From Octopus vulgaris (lineage: Eukaryota): a stretch of DNA of 64,000 nucleotides. Below, piece after piece: positions 1-12,470 of this stretch. The DNA lies in NCBI GenBank assembly GCA_951406725.2, contig OX597839.1, positions 18,476,001-18,540,000 of the forward strand, in the 5' to 3' direction. The position numbers were made by a program, and so were the translations under genes. Positions within the stretch are counted from its first letter, which is position 1. Each line of letters opens with the position of its first letter. The notes below the pieces were generated by a model. The model was given only the letters and a program-made list of their open reading frames with translations. It ran no database searches and was not told the DNA's origin.

Positions 1-69
1 ATACTGGGCTTCGTTTATATTTTATCCCAGTGTCACTTTGATGGCATGAACTGCTCTCTCACTCAATAA

Positions 70-282
70 TCATCATCATCATCGTTGTTTAATGTCTGCT
101 TTCCATGCTAGCATGGGTTGGTTGGTTTAACTGGGGTCTGGGAAGCCAGGAGGCTGCACCAGGCCCAGTCTGATCTGGCAGTGTTTCTACAATTGGATGC
201 CCTTCCTAACGCCAACCACTCCATGAGTGTAGTGGGTGCTTTTTATGTGCCACCGGCACAGGTGCCAGACGAGGCTGGCAAA
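70..282 (-). mobile_element. RTE-LINE 3' tail / RTE-tailed SINE fragment, representative of more than 20 copies in both orientations
   Basis: (CAT)n tail, ccatgctagcatgg stem-loop and ggatgcccttcctaacgccaacc core, all shared with the 3' end of the LINE at 21288-23333. Confidence 0.8.
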
Positions 283-1159
283 TAATAATAATAATAATAA
301 TAATAATTTCTTTATTGGCACAAAGCCAGCGATTTTGGGAGGTAGGTAAGTTGATTACATCGACCTCAGTACTTGACTGGTACTTATTTTATTGACTCTA
401 AAAAAGCTGAAAGGCAAAGTTGATGTTGGTAGAATTTGAACTCAGAACATCTTCAAGATGGACGAAATGCTGCTAAGCATTTTGCCAGGTGTGCTAACGA
501 TTCTGCCAGCCCACCACCTTAATAATAGTTATAATAATGATCATCCTTTCTATTAAACGTCACAAGTCCTGAAATTTTGTGGGAAATTTTGTGTTTCATT
601 GGTACTTAATTTATCAACCCTGATAGGATGAAAGGCAATGGGCCAACTTTGTCACATTCTGTGCCATGTTGAATCTCTGTGAGAACTATGTTAACCCTTT
701 CGTTACCAACTCGGCTGAAACCAGCTCTGGCTCTGAGTACAAATGTCTTGTTTTCATGAGTTTTGAATTAAAATCTTCCACTAAACCTTAGTCACAGTTT
801 ATGTTCCTAAAACTAGCTGAATGATAACTAAGTTATTTTACTAAATTCTTTGCTTTGTTTAAAGTAATTGAAAGAAACACAGAACATCTCAAAATAAATA
901 CATTAACAAAAGGATTAAGGGTACATGTGCTTGTGGAGTGCTCAGCTACTTAAACATTAATTTCACAAGCTGTTCCATTGATTGGATGAACTGGAACCTT
1001 AATTGTTGTAAGTGACGGAGTACCAGTTCAAAGTTTGATTTTATTCAGTAGGGCTCTAATTTGTAAACATGAACATTTTACTGTAACAAGCAGCTCATAT
1101 TAAGAAAAAAAAGAATTTAAAAAAAAGTGAACAAGATGGATACAGTTCTCTTTTCTCTT

Positions 1160-1555
1160 TTTCTCTTTTACTTGTTTCAGCCATTTGACTGCGGCCATGC
1201 TGGAGCACCGCCTTTAGTCATGCAACTCAACCCCGGGACTTATTCTTTGTAAACCCAGTACTTATTCTATCGGTCTCTTTTGCTGAACCGCTAAGTGACG
1301 GGGATATAAACACACCAGCATCGGTTGTCAAGCAATGCTAGGGGGACAAACACAGACACACAGACATACACGCACACATATATACATATATACGACGGGC
1401 TTCTTTAAGTTTCGGTCTACCAAATCCACTCACAAGGCTTTGGTCGGCCCAAGGCTCTGATAGATGACACTTGCCCAAGGTGCCACATAGTGGGACTGAA
1501 CCCGGAACCATGTGGTTGGTAAGCAAGCTACTTACCACACAGCCACTCCTGTGCC
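1160..1555 (-). mobile_element. tRNA-derived SINE with internal (TA)/(CA) microsatellite; other copies near 11720-12085, 17620-18045, 27340-28230, 35392-35800, 63600-63930
   Basis: Minus strand has TGGCTGTGTGG A-box, GGTTCAGTCC B-box-like motif, ccttgggcaagtg core and gtaaaaga-repeat tail. Many homologous copies in the window. Confidence 0.8.
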
Positions 1556-2394
1556 TATTCTGAAAAGTAGCACAGTCATCTGTTTGTGACCCCATACGGC
1601 AATCTCGCTTGTCTAAAGACTATTTAGTTATGTAGTTTCAGTTTCATATTTGACAGTCCGGACAACGAAGGAAAAAATGTGGAAAAAAAAAAATACCAAA
1701 AGACACTATAAGTGATGATGTTTATTGATTTTGACTATTTAATTTGATTGATGTTAGAATCTCAGTGCCCGATTGTGAATAGTTTCATTTTGCTGTTTCA
1801 ATTCTCTTATGTCATAATGTCTCGATTTCATTGTGGCTGGCTCTGGCCACTAGCATTGTTCTCTTTTTCTACATTTGCATTTTATTAGTTTTTTTGTTTG
1901 TTTTTGTAATTTTTTTTTTACATGGCATTATGCTTTTTTTCCCCCCACTTCAACACAACATCTTTCTCTCTCTCTCTTCTCTTCTTTCTGTCTTTCCATC
2001 CCTCTGGGAATAGCCACGTATCTCTTCTCCTGCAAAACACAGTTTTCACTTCTTATATCATACTCTCATCACTTAACACAGAGCTGCCTCCATCAATACT
2101 ACCCACCCCTTCAATTGAGAGGTCTCAGCAACCCCACAGGTGCAGGTATTATGCAAAAAACACCCAGCTCACTCTCTAAAGTGGTTGGCACTAGGGAGGT
2201 TATCCAGTTGTAGATATCTTTCCAAAGCTGACTGAGCTTGGCGCTGTGCTCTTGTGCCCCAGCACCTGTCAAACTGTCTAACCCCTACCAGCATGGATAA
2301 TGGATATTAAATAATAATCACTCTTTCTCTCTCCCTCTCTGGGTAACCATGTGTCTCCTCTAATGCAAGACGCCTGTTTTTGACTCACTGTCTC

Positions 2395-2625
2395 TCTTAT
2401 TTCTTTACTGCCCACAAGGGGATACACAGAGGGGACAAACAAGGACAGACAAATGGATTAAGTCGATTACATCAACCCAAGTGAGTAACTGGTACTTGAT
2501 TTATCGACCCCGAAAGGATGTAAGGCAAAGTCGACCTCGGTGGAATTTGAACTCAGAACATAACGGCAGATGAATTACGGCTATGCATTTCACCTGGTGT
2601 GCTAACGATTCTGCCAGCTCGCTGC
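2395..2625 (-). mobile_element. tRNA-derived SINE, second family with gcctttcatcctttcggggtcgataaa core; other copies near 310-520, 6460-6695, 42040-42265, 59480-59712
   Basis: GAGTTCAAATTCC B-box on the minus strand, shared core and aaagaaata tail. Confidence 0.8.
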
Positions 2626-2781
2626 CATGCTGTGTGTGTGTGTGTGTGTATGTCTGCATATGTATGTTATGTGTGTGCGTATAAGTGTATGTACATATAT
2701 GTGTGTATATGTTTATATGAGCATGTGTGTGTATGTTATATATATCTGTTTAAGTGTGTGTATATATATATATATATATAT

Positions 2782-2821
<40 letters not shown>

Positions 2822-3448
2822 ATATATATATATAAAATATCATACCACAATATCATATATATATATCATGTGAATGATGCTTGGAAAAGACTGCCTAAGG
2901 ACAGACGATACTGCTAATGCTAATGAATGATGTCATTAGAGATAGACAGTTCAGCATCAGTAAGTATGTCTCTACGTCTCATAGAACTTAATAACTGTTC
3001 AGAAACTGAAAGGAAAATAAAAAACCAAAGTATAGCTATTGAGTAAATAATGAATACAAATGAACAGCCAAAGGGAGTGGAGATGGAGTACATTGTATCA
3101 GATATTTGTTCAGCAATGTTGTCATGGTGTAAGGGTTGTGTTGGTTTTGTTTATCCCTGGGTTAATCTTGATCAAAATCTGGCACATGGTTGCATAATCA
3201 ATGCTATTTTGAATTTGATGACCGTTTTCTGTAATTTCATGTCTTCATATATTCAACTTGGTTTTTTTCATTGTGTATTGGCGCAGACGTGGCCGTGTGG
3301 TAAAAGGCTTGCTTCCCAATCATATAATTCCGGGTTCAGTCCCACTGTGTGACACCTTGGGCAAGTATCTTCTACTATAGCCTCGAGCTGACCTGAGCCT
3401 TGTGAATGGATTTGGTAGACAGAAACTGAACAAAGGCCATCGTATATA

Positions 3449-3486
<38 letters not shown>

Positions 3487-4284
3487 TTTGTATCTGAGTC
3501 TGGATGTCCTTCCTAACACCAACCACCCCACAGAGTAGACTGAGTGCTTTTTGCATGGCACCAGGATAGGTGAGGTCAGTTTTGGTAAGGTTTTTTTACA
3601 GCTGGATGCCCTTTGAAATGCCAACCATTTTGCAATGTGGACTAGATGCCTTTTATGTGGCATCAGCATTGGCAAGGTCACCGAGTAACTAGCAATATGT
3701 GGAACCTTTGAGAGGGGAGAGGGCATTTGGAAGCGGTGATCTTGTGTCAGCTGGTAAAAATGAGTAATTCTATGGTAGTCTGGCATCCGATCCAGGGAGG
3801 AATGTATACATCAGAGAAACTGGGAAACTAGCACTATGCTCTTTACGGTGTAATGGAGACTAACCATGTATAGACACACACACACATACACCTGTATATA
3901 TATACACAAAGGGCTTCCACACAGTTTCCATCTGCCAGGTTCACTTACAAAGCATTGGTTAACCCAGGACTATAGCAGAAGACCCTTACTGGTAGTACTG
4001 TGCAATAGGACTGAACCCAAAGCTACATGGTTGCAAAGCAAGCTTTTTTACCACATGGCTGTGTCTGAATGGAGAGAGATTTGGCTTCTGTTTCTAGCTA
4101 GTTGGACACCAATCACACAGACACTTCCTTGTCCAAATTCCGCTGAGGTCAGCTTTACTTTTCATCCTTTCGAGGCCAATAAATTAAGTACCAGTGAAAC
4201 ACTGGGGTCGATGTAATTGACTAGCCCACTCCCACATAATTTCAGGCCTTGTGCCTATAGTAGAAAGGATTATTATTGTTATCA

Positions 4285-4326
<42 letters not shown>

Positions 4327-4492
4327 GAAATAATAATAATTATTATTATTGTTACTCTGTCCTTATGTTCTGAGTTCAAATTCCACTGAGGCTGACTTTT
4401 CCTATCATCTTTTCGTCCAATAAAATAAGTACCAGTTATGCTCTGGAGCTAACGTAATCGACTAGCCTCCTCCCCCAAAGTTTCAGTAGAAA

Positions 4493-4523
<31 letters not shown>

Positions 4524-4999
4524 GAGCATTTATTTATCTTGTGTTAGTTTTATTGTTGATATATTTACACTTTAGATAATTCAATTTGACACTGATTCAA
4601 TAAAGTTAGAAATTAATTTGAGTTTCATAAGATGCTAAGTTAATTTTTAATAATTAATTAATTATTTTATTGAATTAATTAATTGAATTACAGTATAAAA
4701 CAAAACACATAACTAGACATTTTGAGTTTGATTGTCATATATACTGTAATTCTGACTGTTCTAATTAGATCACAGTCATAATGAATGGACATTAATGACT
4801 TCATGTTTCAATAGCTTTTGTAATGTGAAAGCCTGTGAAACCTTCTTTTGTAAGTGCAGGCAGGACTGTGTGGTTGAGAAGCTCATCTCGCAGTCACCTG
4901 GTTTTAGGTTCAATCCCACTGCATGACATATGTATACATACATACATACATACATACATACACACACATATATATGTATACATATATATATATAATATG

Positions 5000-5036
<37 letters not shown>

Positions 5037-5045
5037 ATACATATA

Positions 5046-5080
<35 letters not shown>

Positions 5081-5086
5081 CTAAGA

Positions 5087-5123
5087 ATATCTGAAGAAGG
5101 AATATTATTCCAAAATTTCATAT
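5087..5123 (+). ncRNA. degenerate hammerhead-ribozyme-like motif
   Basis: auau CUGAAGA a GGAAU-auu-AUUCC AAAA uu UC auau. Stems I and II pair, but the catalytic G12 reads A. Abuts a (TA)n tract. Confidence 0.3.
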
Positions 5124-6859
5124 CTGACTATGGATGACGAAATTACAACAGGTATATAGCCCATTGTCTGTATTGTAGTGCATTGCTGTACCATTCAAAA
5201 CTTTGTCTTATGTATGTATGTATGGTCGTCGTCGTTTAACGTTCACTTTCCATGCTGGCATGAGTTGCATGGTTTGACTGAGGACTGGTGAGCCAGAGGC
5301 TGCACCAGGCTATATATATACATATAGGGAGAGTTTACGAAAAAAACAAAAGACGAAGACAGGTGGTGTGCAAAACAAGCAGATGTATTAGTATAACGCT
5401 CAGGAATAGAGAAAATCTTATACGTTTTGAGCCTACGCTCTTCTACAGAAAGGAACACAGAAAACAGAAGGAGAGAAACAAAGAGAGAAAAAAAAAATGT
5501 GTGTAGTGGCTAATGATCAATCATGGTGACTAGTGCTGGACAGAAGGGTCACACGCGATAAAAAAAAGTAGGGGAGATAACAAAGTAAAAATGACCCCCG
5601 GCACGAAGGTGTATGTGTGTGTAAGAGAGTATGTATGTGCATGTGAAAGAGGGCATATATATATATATATGTGTGTGTGTGTATGTATGTCTGCATATGT
5701 GCTTATATATATATATATGAAAAATGTTTGTGCTTGTTTTGGCCACTCTCACTTGACAACCATTGTTGGTTTGTCTACAGCCTCCATAACTTAGCAGTTT
5801 GGCAAAAGTGATAATCCTTCAAGACAGTGGGGACCTTAGAATGGCTGCAGACCAATGACTGAAACAAGTAAACATTAAAAATGAATGGTAAAACCATAGA
5901 GGTAAACCTCACAAGAAATCGTGACTGAGATATGGTCTTAGAGAAAGGCAGTAAACATCACAGTTCCTGATCTTCCTGGTAACTTCCGTCACTGACAAAG
6001 TTATGGGAATTCTATTGAGCATTATCAAAAATGGTATTGATTAAATCCTTCCCTTTTCAAACTGTTGGCCTTGTGCCCAAATTAAATGTTTGGCACGCCC
6101 ATGCCGGTGGCATGTAAAAAGCACTCACTACACTCTCAGAGTGGTTGGCGTTAGGAAGGGCATCCAGCTGTAGAAACTCTGCCAGATCAAGATTGGAGCC
6201 TGGTGCAGCCATCTGGTTCGCCAGCCCTCAGTCAAAATCGTCCAACCCATGCTAGCATGGAAAGCGGACGTTAAACAATGATGATGATGATGATGATGAT
6301 TTGCATTCATATTTCTGTCAAATGTAATGCTTACTTATTCACATTGTTTTGAATTAATCATGCGTTATCTCATAACCTTGAGATTTCGATGATGTCATTG
6401 ATGGTATTGATTAAACTTCGATAATTCTCAGATAATTAAAAAAAATTTTTCGCTTGTTTCTTATTTCTTTATTGCCCACAAGGGGCAATAAGGACACACA
6501 AAGGGGACAGAGGGGACAACAAGGACAGACAAAGGGATTAAGTCAATTACATCGACCCCGGTGCGTAACTGGTACTTAATTTATCAACCCCGAAAGGATG
6601 AAAGGCAGAGTTGACCTCAGCGGAATTTGAACTCAGAACGTAATGGCAGATGAAATACCGCCCGGCATGCTAATGTTTCTGCCAGCTCATCGCCTTTTTC
6701 ACTTGTTTCTTTCATGGGACTGTGGCCATTGTGGGGCACCACCTCAAAGATTTTAGTCAATCAAGTTCATATCATTGCTGTAACAGACCTCTTATCTGGC
6801 TTCTAGAAATCCAGTTATGCTGTGCAATATCCAGCAATATCTTATCTTATCTGCTGACA

Positions 6860-7480
6860 GTTGTCATGCTTATCACTGTTCATGGCTTTGACATGACTTG
6901 ATAAGCTTTCTCCATACTGGTTGGTTTTTCGCTTGAGTATGCCATTTATTATGATCATTTATTTTCCACTTCATATTCTATTTTGCAATATCTTTGAATT
7001 TCAGTCTTGGTCTTCCTTGGTTTCTTTTCCCCCTTGCCTAGTTTGGAGTAAAGGGGCTGTCTAGTGAATCTGCTGTTATCCATCCTATGTACATGAGTTT
7101 GCTGTTGTCCATCATATGCACATGATCCAACCAATATAAATTCTAACAGTGAGGATTTCCATCATATAAGACAGACAGCACACCATAGGATCTCCTGATC
7201 TTGTCAAAGAGAGAAATACTCATAATTTGTTGCGGCCGTCTCATCATGTGTGCATGATGGACAACAACAAACTCATGTACAACTTGACTGCTTGAGCTTT
7301 ATAGACTGTCCAGGTTTCAGCTCTGTACCTCAGGGAAGAAAGCACTATAACTTTATGTACCTTACATTTGACATGCCAATTTTCTCACAGCTTCTCTCCT
7401 GTAGCCTGTTGAATAAAGCACTAGCACAGCTAGAGCATTGTGCAATATACTGTACTCTTTATTGAGTGGACAGACCCCTT
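6860..7480 (-). mobile_element. decayed RTE/BovB-like LINE ORF 3' fragment
   Basis: Minus-strand translation HVHRMDNSRFTRQPLYSKLGKGKRNQGRPRLKFKD, with stops and frameshifts. Confidence 0.7.
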
Positions 7481-7812
7481 TCTTTGAAGTTGCTTAATTT
7501 GCATACAGCGTGTTAAAAAATAGTTTTATTCTGTTCTTTAGTTTTTTTAAGTGGATTCATAATGACTTAACATTGCAACACATTCTGCTGTAGAAGCACA
7601 TTAATTTGTACATGTTTGCAACTCCTGTTTCCTATATCACCGTCATCATCGTCATCATCATCCTCTGGGCATTACTGTCTCATGTCGTAGGAATTATAAA
7701 GCTGGTTACTCAGTTTCCATGGCATAATAAGTAACAACAATCACAATACTCACCTCGAATGGGATGCCAGTCCATTGCAGGGTCACACATTTACAGCTGA
7801 GTGAACTGGAGA

Positions 7813-8218
7813 CAGGGCTGGATTAAGCCACATCGAGGTCCTAAACACCTAAAAGATTTTGGTGCCCCCATAAAAGATTATATAATTCAAAATATATCAA
7901 TAATGAAACATAAAATAAACAAAACAGTAAGAGGGAAAATAATGTTTATTTTTTTGTATATTTTCACTTTATTTATATTTGAAAAGTTTCCTCCTACTTT
8001 TTTGAATTGCAAAGTCTTTGATCTGATTCTCAAAATTAATCTTAGATAACACATCTGCATTTATACTTAATAGAGATAAAGACATCCTGAATATTGTTTC
8101 CGCAAGTGTAAAGTGATTTCTTTTGTGCCTTAAACCATTTACCATTTCTGTGGTGTCCCCTCCTTTCCTTGATACCCTAAGCACATGCTTATCTTGCTTA
8201 ATGGTTAATCCAGTGCTG
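7813..8218. mobile_element. hAT-like MITE inserted in a SINE
   Basis: TIRs CAGGGCTGGATTAA / TTAATCCAGTGCTG, imperfect 8-bp flanking duplication, host SINE resumes on both sides. Confidence 0.6.
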
Positions 8219-8479
8219 ACCGGAACAACGTGATATGAAGCATTTTGCTCAAGAACACAATGCACCACCTGGTCTGGGAATTGAACCCATGACCTTGTGA
8301 ATACAACATCCTAAGCACTAGGTCACACATTTTCACTGTTACCTATAAGGAAGAAGTAATTCCATAATTCCAAATAACTTTATCTTTAATCTTTTACATG
8401 TTTCAGAGACTGCATTATGGCCATGCTGGGGCACTTATGTTGATAGCTGTTGGGAATGGCATGTATCTTAGAAACTTAA

Positions 8480-8698
8480 CCTTTTAGCATTTAAACCAGT
8501 CGTACCCGGCCAAAATATTGTACATGTTTTTTGTTCACACTGGCCATATCTGGCCTCTCCTATCTACTGTAAAATGTCATTGTAAAAATAAACAATCATA
8601 TCTTGAAATCTCGAAGCTTTGAGATTGTGCATGATTAGTTCAAAACTAGGTGAATAAATAAGCATTACATTTGACAGAGTAATCTGAATGCTAAAAGG
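8480..8698. mobile_element. piggyBac-like MITE (~220 bp family)
   Basis: TTAA flanks at 8476-8479 and 8699-8702, CCTTTTAGCATT...AATGCTAAAAGG termini. Confidence 0.7.
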
Positions 8699-8783
8699 TT
8701 AAACCAGCCATATCCTGCTGGAATTTTCTACTTGTTTTATGTTCAGACCAGCCAGATTCTACCTTTCATACATACCCTACAAT

Positions 8784-9040
8784 CATCATCATCATCATCG
8801 TCGTTTAACGTCCGCTTTCCATGCTAGCATGGGTTGGACGGTTCAACTGGGGTCTGGGGAGCCCGAAGGCTGCACCAGGCCAGTCAGATCTGGCAGTGTT
8901 TCTACAGCTGGATGCCCTTCCTAACGCCAACCACTCCGAGAGTGTAGTGGGTGATTTTATGTGCCACCAACACAGGTGCCAGACGAGGCTGGCGAACGGC
9001 CACGCTCGGATGGTGTTTTTATGTGCCACCGACACAGGTG
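8784..9040 (-). mobile_element. 5'-truncated RTE tail insertion with TSD
   Basis: TSD cctacaat at 8776-8783 and 9041-9048, (GAT)n tail. Confidence 0.8.
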
Positions 9041-9101
9041 CCTACAATGTCATTCTAAAATAAAGAATGACATCATTGAAATCATAAAGCTATAAGATAA
9101 T

Positions 9102-9256
9102 ACTTACTTATTTGTACTTGTGGCGACATTCACCCTGGGCGGGTTGAGTCGGCTTCTTCTACCACCCTTGAGGCATCTCAAACCATGGCAGCCCACGCAT
9201 GACGGTCCTGCGCCAGTTCACTGGAGATAGCGAGCCAGTCACGGTTCCATCGGCGC
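9102..9256 (-). mobile_element. short 5'-truncated RTE-like LINE of a different family
   Basis: TSD agataat at 9095-9101 and 9257-9263. Encodes LRRWNRDWLAISSELAQDRHAWAAMV* and ends in a taag-repeat tail. Confidence 0.7.
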
Positions 9257-9709
9257 AGATAATGCATAATTAATTCAAAACAATCTGAATAAATATTCAT
9301 TACATTTGGCGGAATAATCAGAATACTTAAAAGTTTGTACCAGTGTAAGGAACATTTTACTGTTTTGGTTGATGGTGAGTTCCTTATATGTTCCATATAT
9401 GTTTATGTGTGGAAGGGCATGAATTTCATGCAGGAGGGTCAGTTCTTCGACTGGTTTGATACTTTGGAACGTGGCTATGCTGGGGCTCTGTATTCAAGTG
9501 TTTTTAGTCAATTATATCGATCCCAGTACATAGTTTATTGATCTTGTTAGGACTAAAAGGCAAGTTGACTTTGGCTTAAAGTGGTATATCTTGCAACTCA
9601 ATATTTAAAGTATTTGTGTTCACTTAAAGATTTTCTTCATCTAACACTGATGTATGTGTGTGTGGGTATACATACATAATCTCTCTCTCTCTCTCTCTCT
9701 CATTATACA

Positions 9710-9742
<33 letters not shown>

Positions 9743-9799
9743 GTACATGTATGTATATATGTTTGTATATGTGTATTTGTGTACTTGTATACGTGTGTG

Positions 9800-9848
<49 letters not shown>

Positions 9849-10069
9849 GTATATATATAAATGAGTCTGTATATATAGGTGTATGTATATATGTCTGCAT
9901 GTGTATGTATGTATGTGTGTGTCTGTATCTGTGTGTGTGCATATATGTATCTAATTGTCATGTGTGTATATATGTATGCATACGTACGTACGTATGTACA
10001 CATGTGTGTACATATGTATGCATGTATACATATATATTATACATATATATATATTTATATATATATGCA

Positions 10070-10135
<66 letters not shown>

Positions 10136-12289
10136 ATGAGAGTGTCAGGCAGTAAAGATAAACGTCTATGTTTATAATTTTTCGCACTGTTAAACTCTTC
10201 TTTTGAAACAAACAAGCCTTTAATATCTACACCTACACTATATTCCGACTGGTTTGGTTGCCATTCAAACTACAGTGTCCATCTCAATATTAAAAACAGC
10301 TTTTCATCTCCGAAGACATGATTAACAGTGCGAAAAATTAAAATTTTATCATCAACTTATCTCAGACATTTAGATGTTCGTAACATATGTAGAGTTTTCC
10401 ATTATTTCTATCTAACAGCAAGAAATATTTTTGTTTAATGCTCCTTCAGACATTATCAACATCATCATCATTGTTTGACATACCTTTTCTCATGCTGGCA
10501 CGGGTTTGCTGGTTTGACAAGACTAGATGAACCTGGGAGTTCTGCCAGGTTCTGTGTCTGCTTTGTCATGGTTTCTACTGCTGGATGCCCTTCTTTATGC
10601 CAACCACTTAAGAGAGCACTGGGTGAGTTTTATGTGGCACCAGCACTGGTGAAGTTGCTGAGTACCCATAAGATAAGACCCTCCAGACGAGCGGGGCATA
10701 GACTGAAGGAATAAGAAACTATAATAGAGGGAGAAGAGCAGGTGTGTTGCTGAAGAGGCTTGCCTACCTGGAAAGTGTGAGAGAGGGAGAGATATGGGGT
10801 CCATGTATAATGTGGATATGAAACAGAATGAGTGAAAATAGTGTGACAGACGATTAGAGATAGGCATAGAAGTGGCTGTGTGGTAAGTAGCTTGCTTACA
10901 AACCACATAGTTTCAGGTTCAGTCCCACTGCATGGCACCTTGGGCAAGTGTCTTCTCCTATAGCCTCGGGCCAACCAAAGCCTTGTGAGTGGATTTGGTA
11001 GACGGAAACTGAAAGAAGTCCGTCATATATATGTTTATATATATATATGTATGCATGTGTATGTCTGTGTCCCCCCAACATTGGTTGACAACCGATTCTG
11101 GTGTGTTTACGTCCCCGGTGGCATGTAAAAAGCACCATCCGATCGTGTCCGTAGCCAGCCTCGCCTGGCCCCCGTGCCATTGGCACGTAAAAAGCACCCA
11201 CTACACTCATGGAGTGGTTGGCGTTAGGAAGGGCATCCAGCCGTAGAAACATTGCCAGATCAGACTGGGCCTGGTGCAGCCTTCTGGCTTCCCAGACCCC
11301 AGTTGAACTGTCCAACCCATGCTAGCATGGAAAGCGGACGCTAAACGATAATGATGATATATATATGTAATAGAGTTATTAGTGAGAGAGTTATCAATCC
11401 AGGCAAAGTACTTTAAAAGATTTCTGTTAGTACACCAGTCTAACAATATTGTTTAGATTAGTAAAGAACTTTGTGTTTCTTGAGGCATGGTCTGAGGTTT
11501 ATAATTCATCACCATCCTGTATTGTGAACCCATGGTTTTGTTCAACTTAGACTGGTTTTTACACAGAGTGATATACAAGACAAGGTGTAAATAACAGAGC
11601 GACATACAAAATGTAAATAACAATCATTACACATTTTCCCTTATTGTACTAAATTTGAGTCATTTTAATGACTACTGGAAACAGCTCTATGCAATGACTA
11701 TTATTTATGCCTTGACTTGTATATATGTGGTAAGAAGCTTGCTTCCCAACCACATAGTTCTGGGTTCAGTCCCACCACATGGCACCTTGGGCAAGTGTCT
11801 TCTACTATAGTCTCAGGCTGACCAAAGCCTTGTGAGTGGATTTGGTAGACGGAAACTGAAAGAAGCCTGTCATATATTTGTATGTCTGTATTTGTCCCCC
11901 CACAATCATTCAACAACCAATGTCGGTGTGTTTAGGTACCTGAAACTTAGCAGTTCGGCAAACAAGACCAATAGAATAAGTACTAGGCTTACAAAGAATA
12001 AGTCCTAGGGTTGATTTGTACGACTAAAGGTGGTGCTCCAGCATGGCTGCAGTCAAATGACTGAAACAAGTAAAAGAATAAAAGATGTTATTTATATACA
12101 ACAGAAGCAACATTAGACTGAAATAGCCACTTGTGTATCATACTTAATGTGAATATGTCATGAAAGGCAAAATTTATTGCTGTATTCACTCGGTGATGAT
12201 ATTTCTTAGAGATGTGCTGTGTTTAAAAACACTACATATATTGGAGGAAGATAAAAATCATCTCAGTAGTGGCGAGTGACAATGCAAGA

Positions 12290-12470
12290 AGCATTTCTGT
12301 TCATACTCTCCAAGGCTCAAGCTGACACCTGCAATGGAGACCTGTTCTCAAATCTGGGATAGTGTTGCTGTTATGCACACGGGACATCCTGGACTACATC
12401 TACAGAAAAGCCACTTGATGACTGGTAGTTGATCACTTACAAACACACTCCAGCCTCTGGTCACTGGGGT
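12290..12470 (+). mobile_element. old CR1/L2-like LINE RT C-terminal remnant
   Basis: Frameshifted translation SKAQ..PAMETCSQIWDS..DILDYIYRKA..TLQPL resembles the LINE thumb region. Confidence 0.4.
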
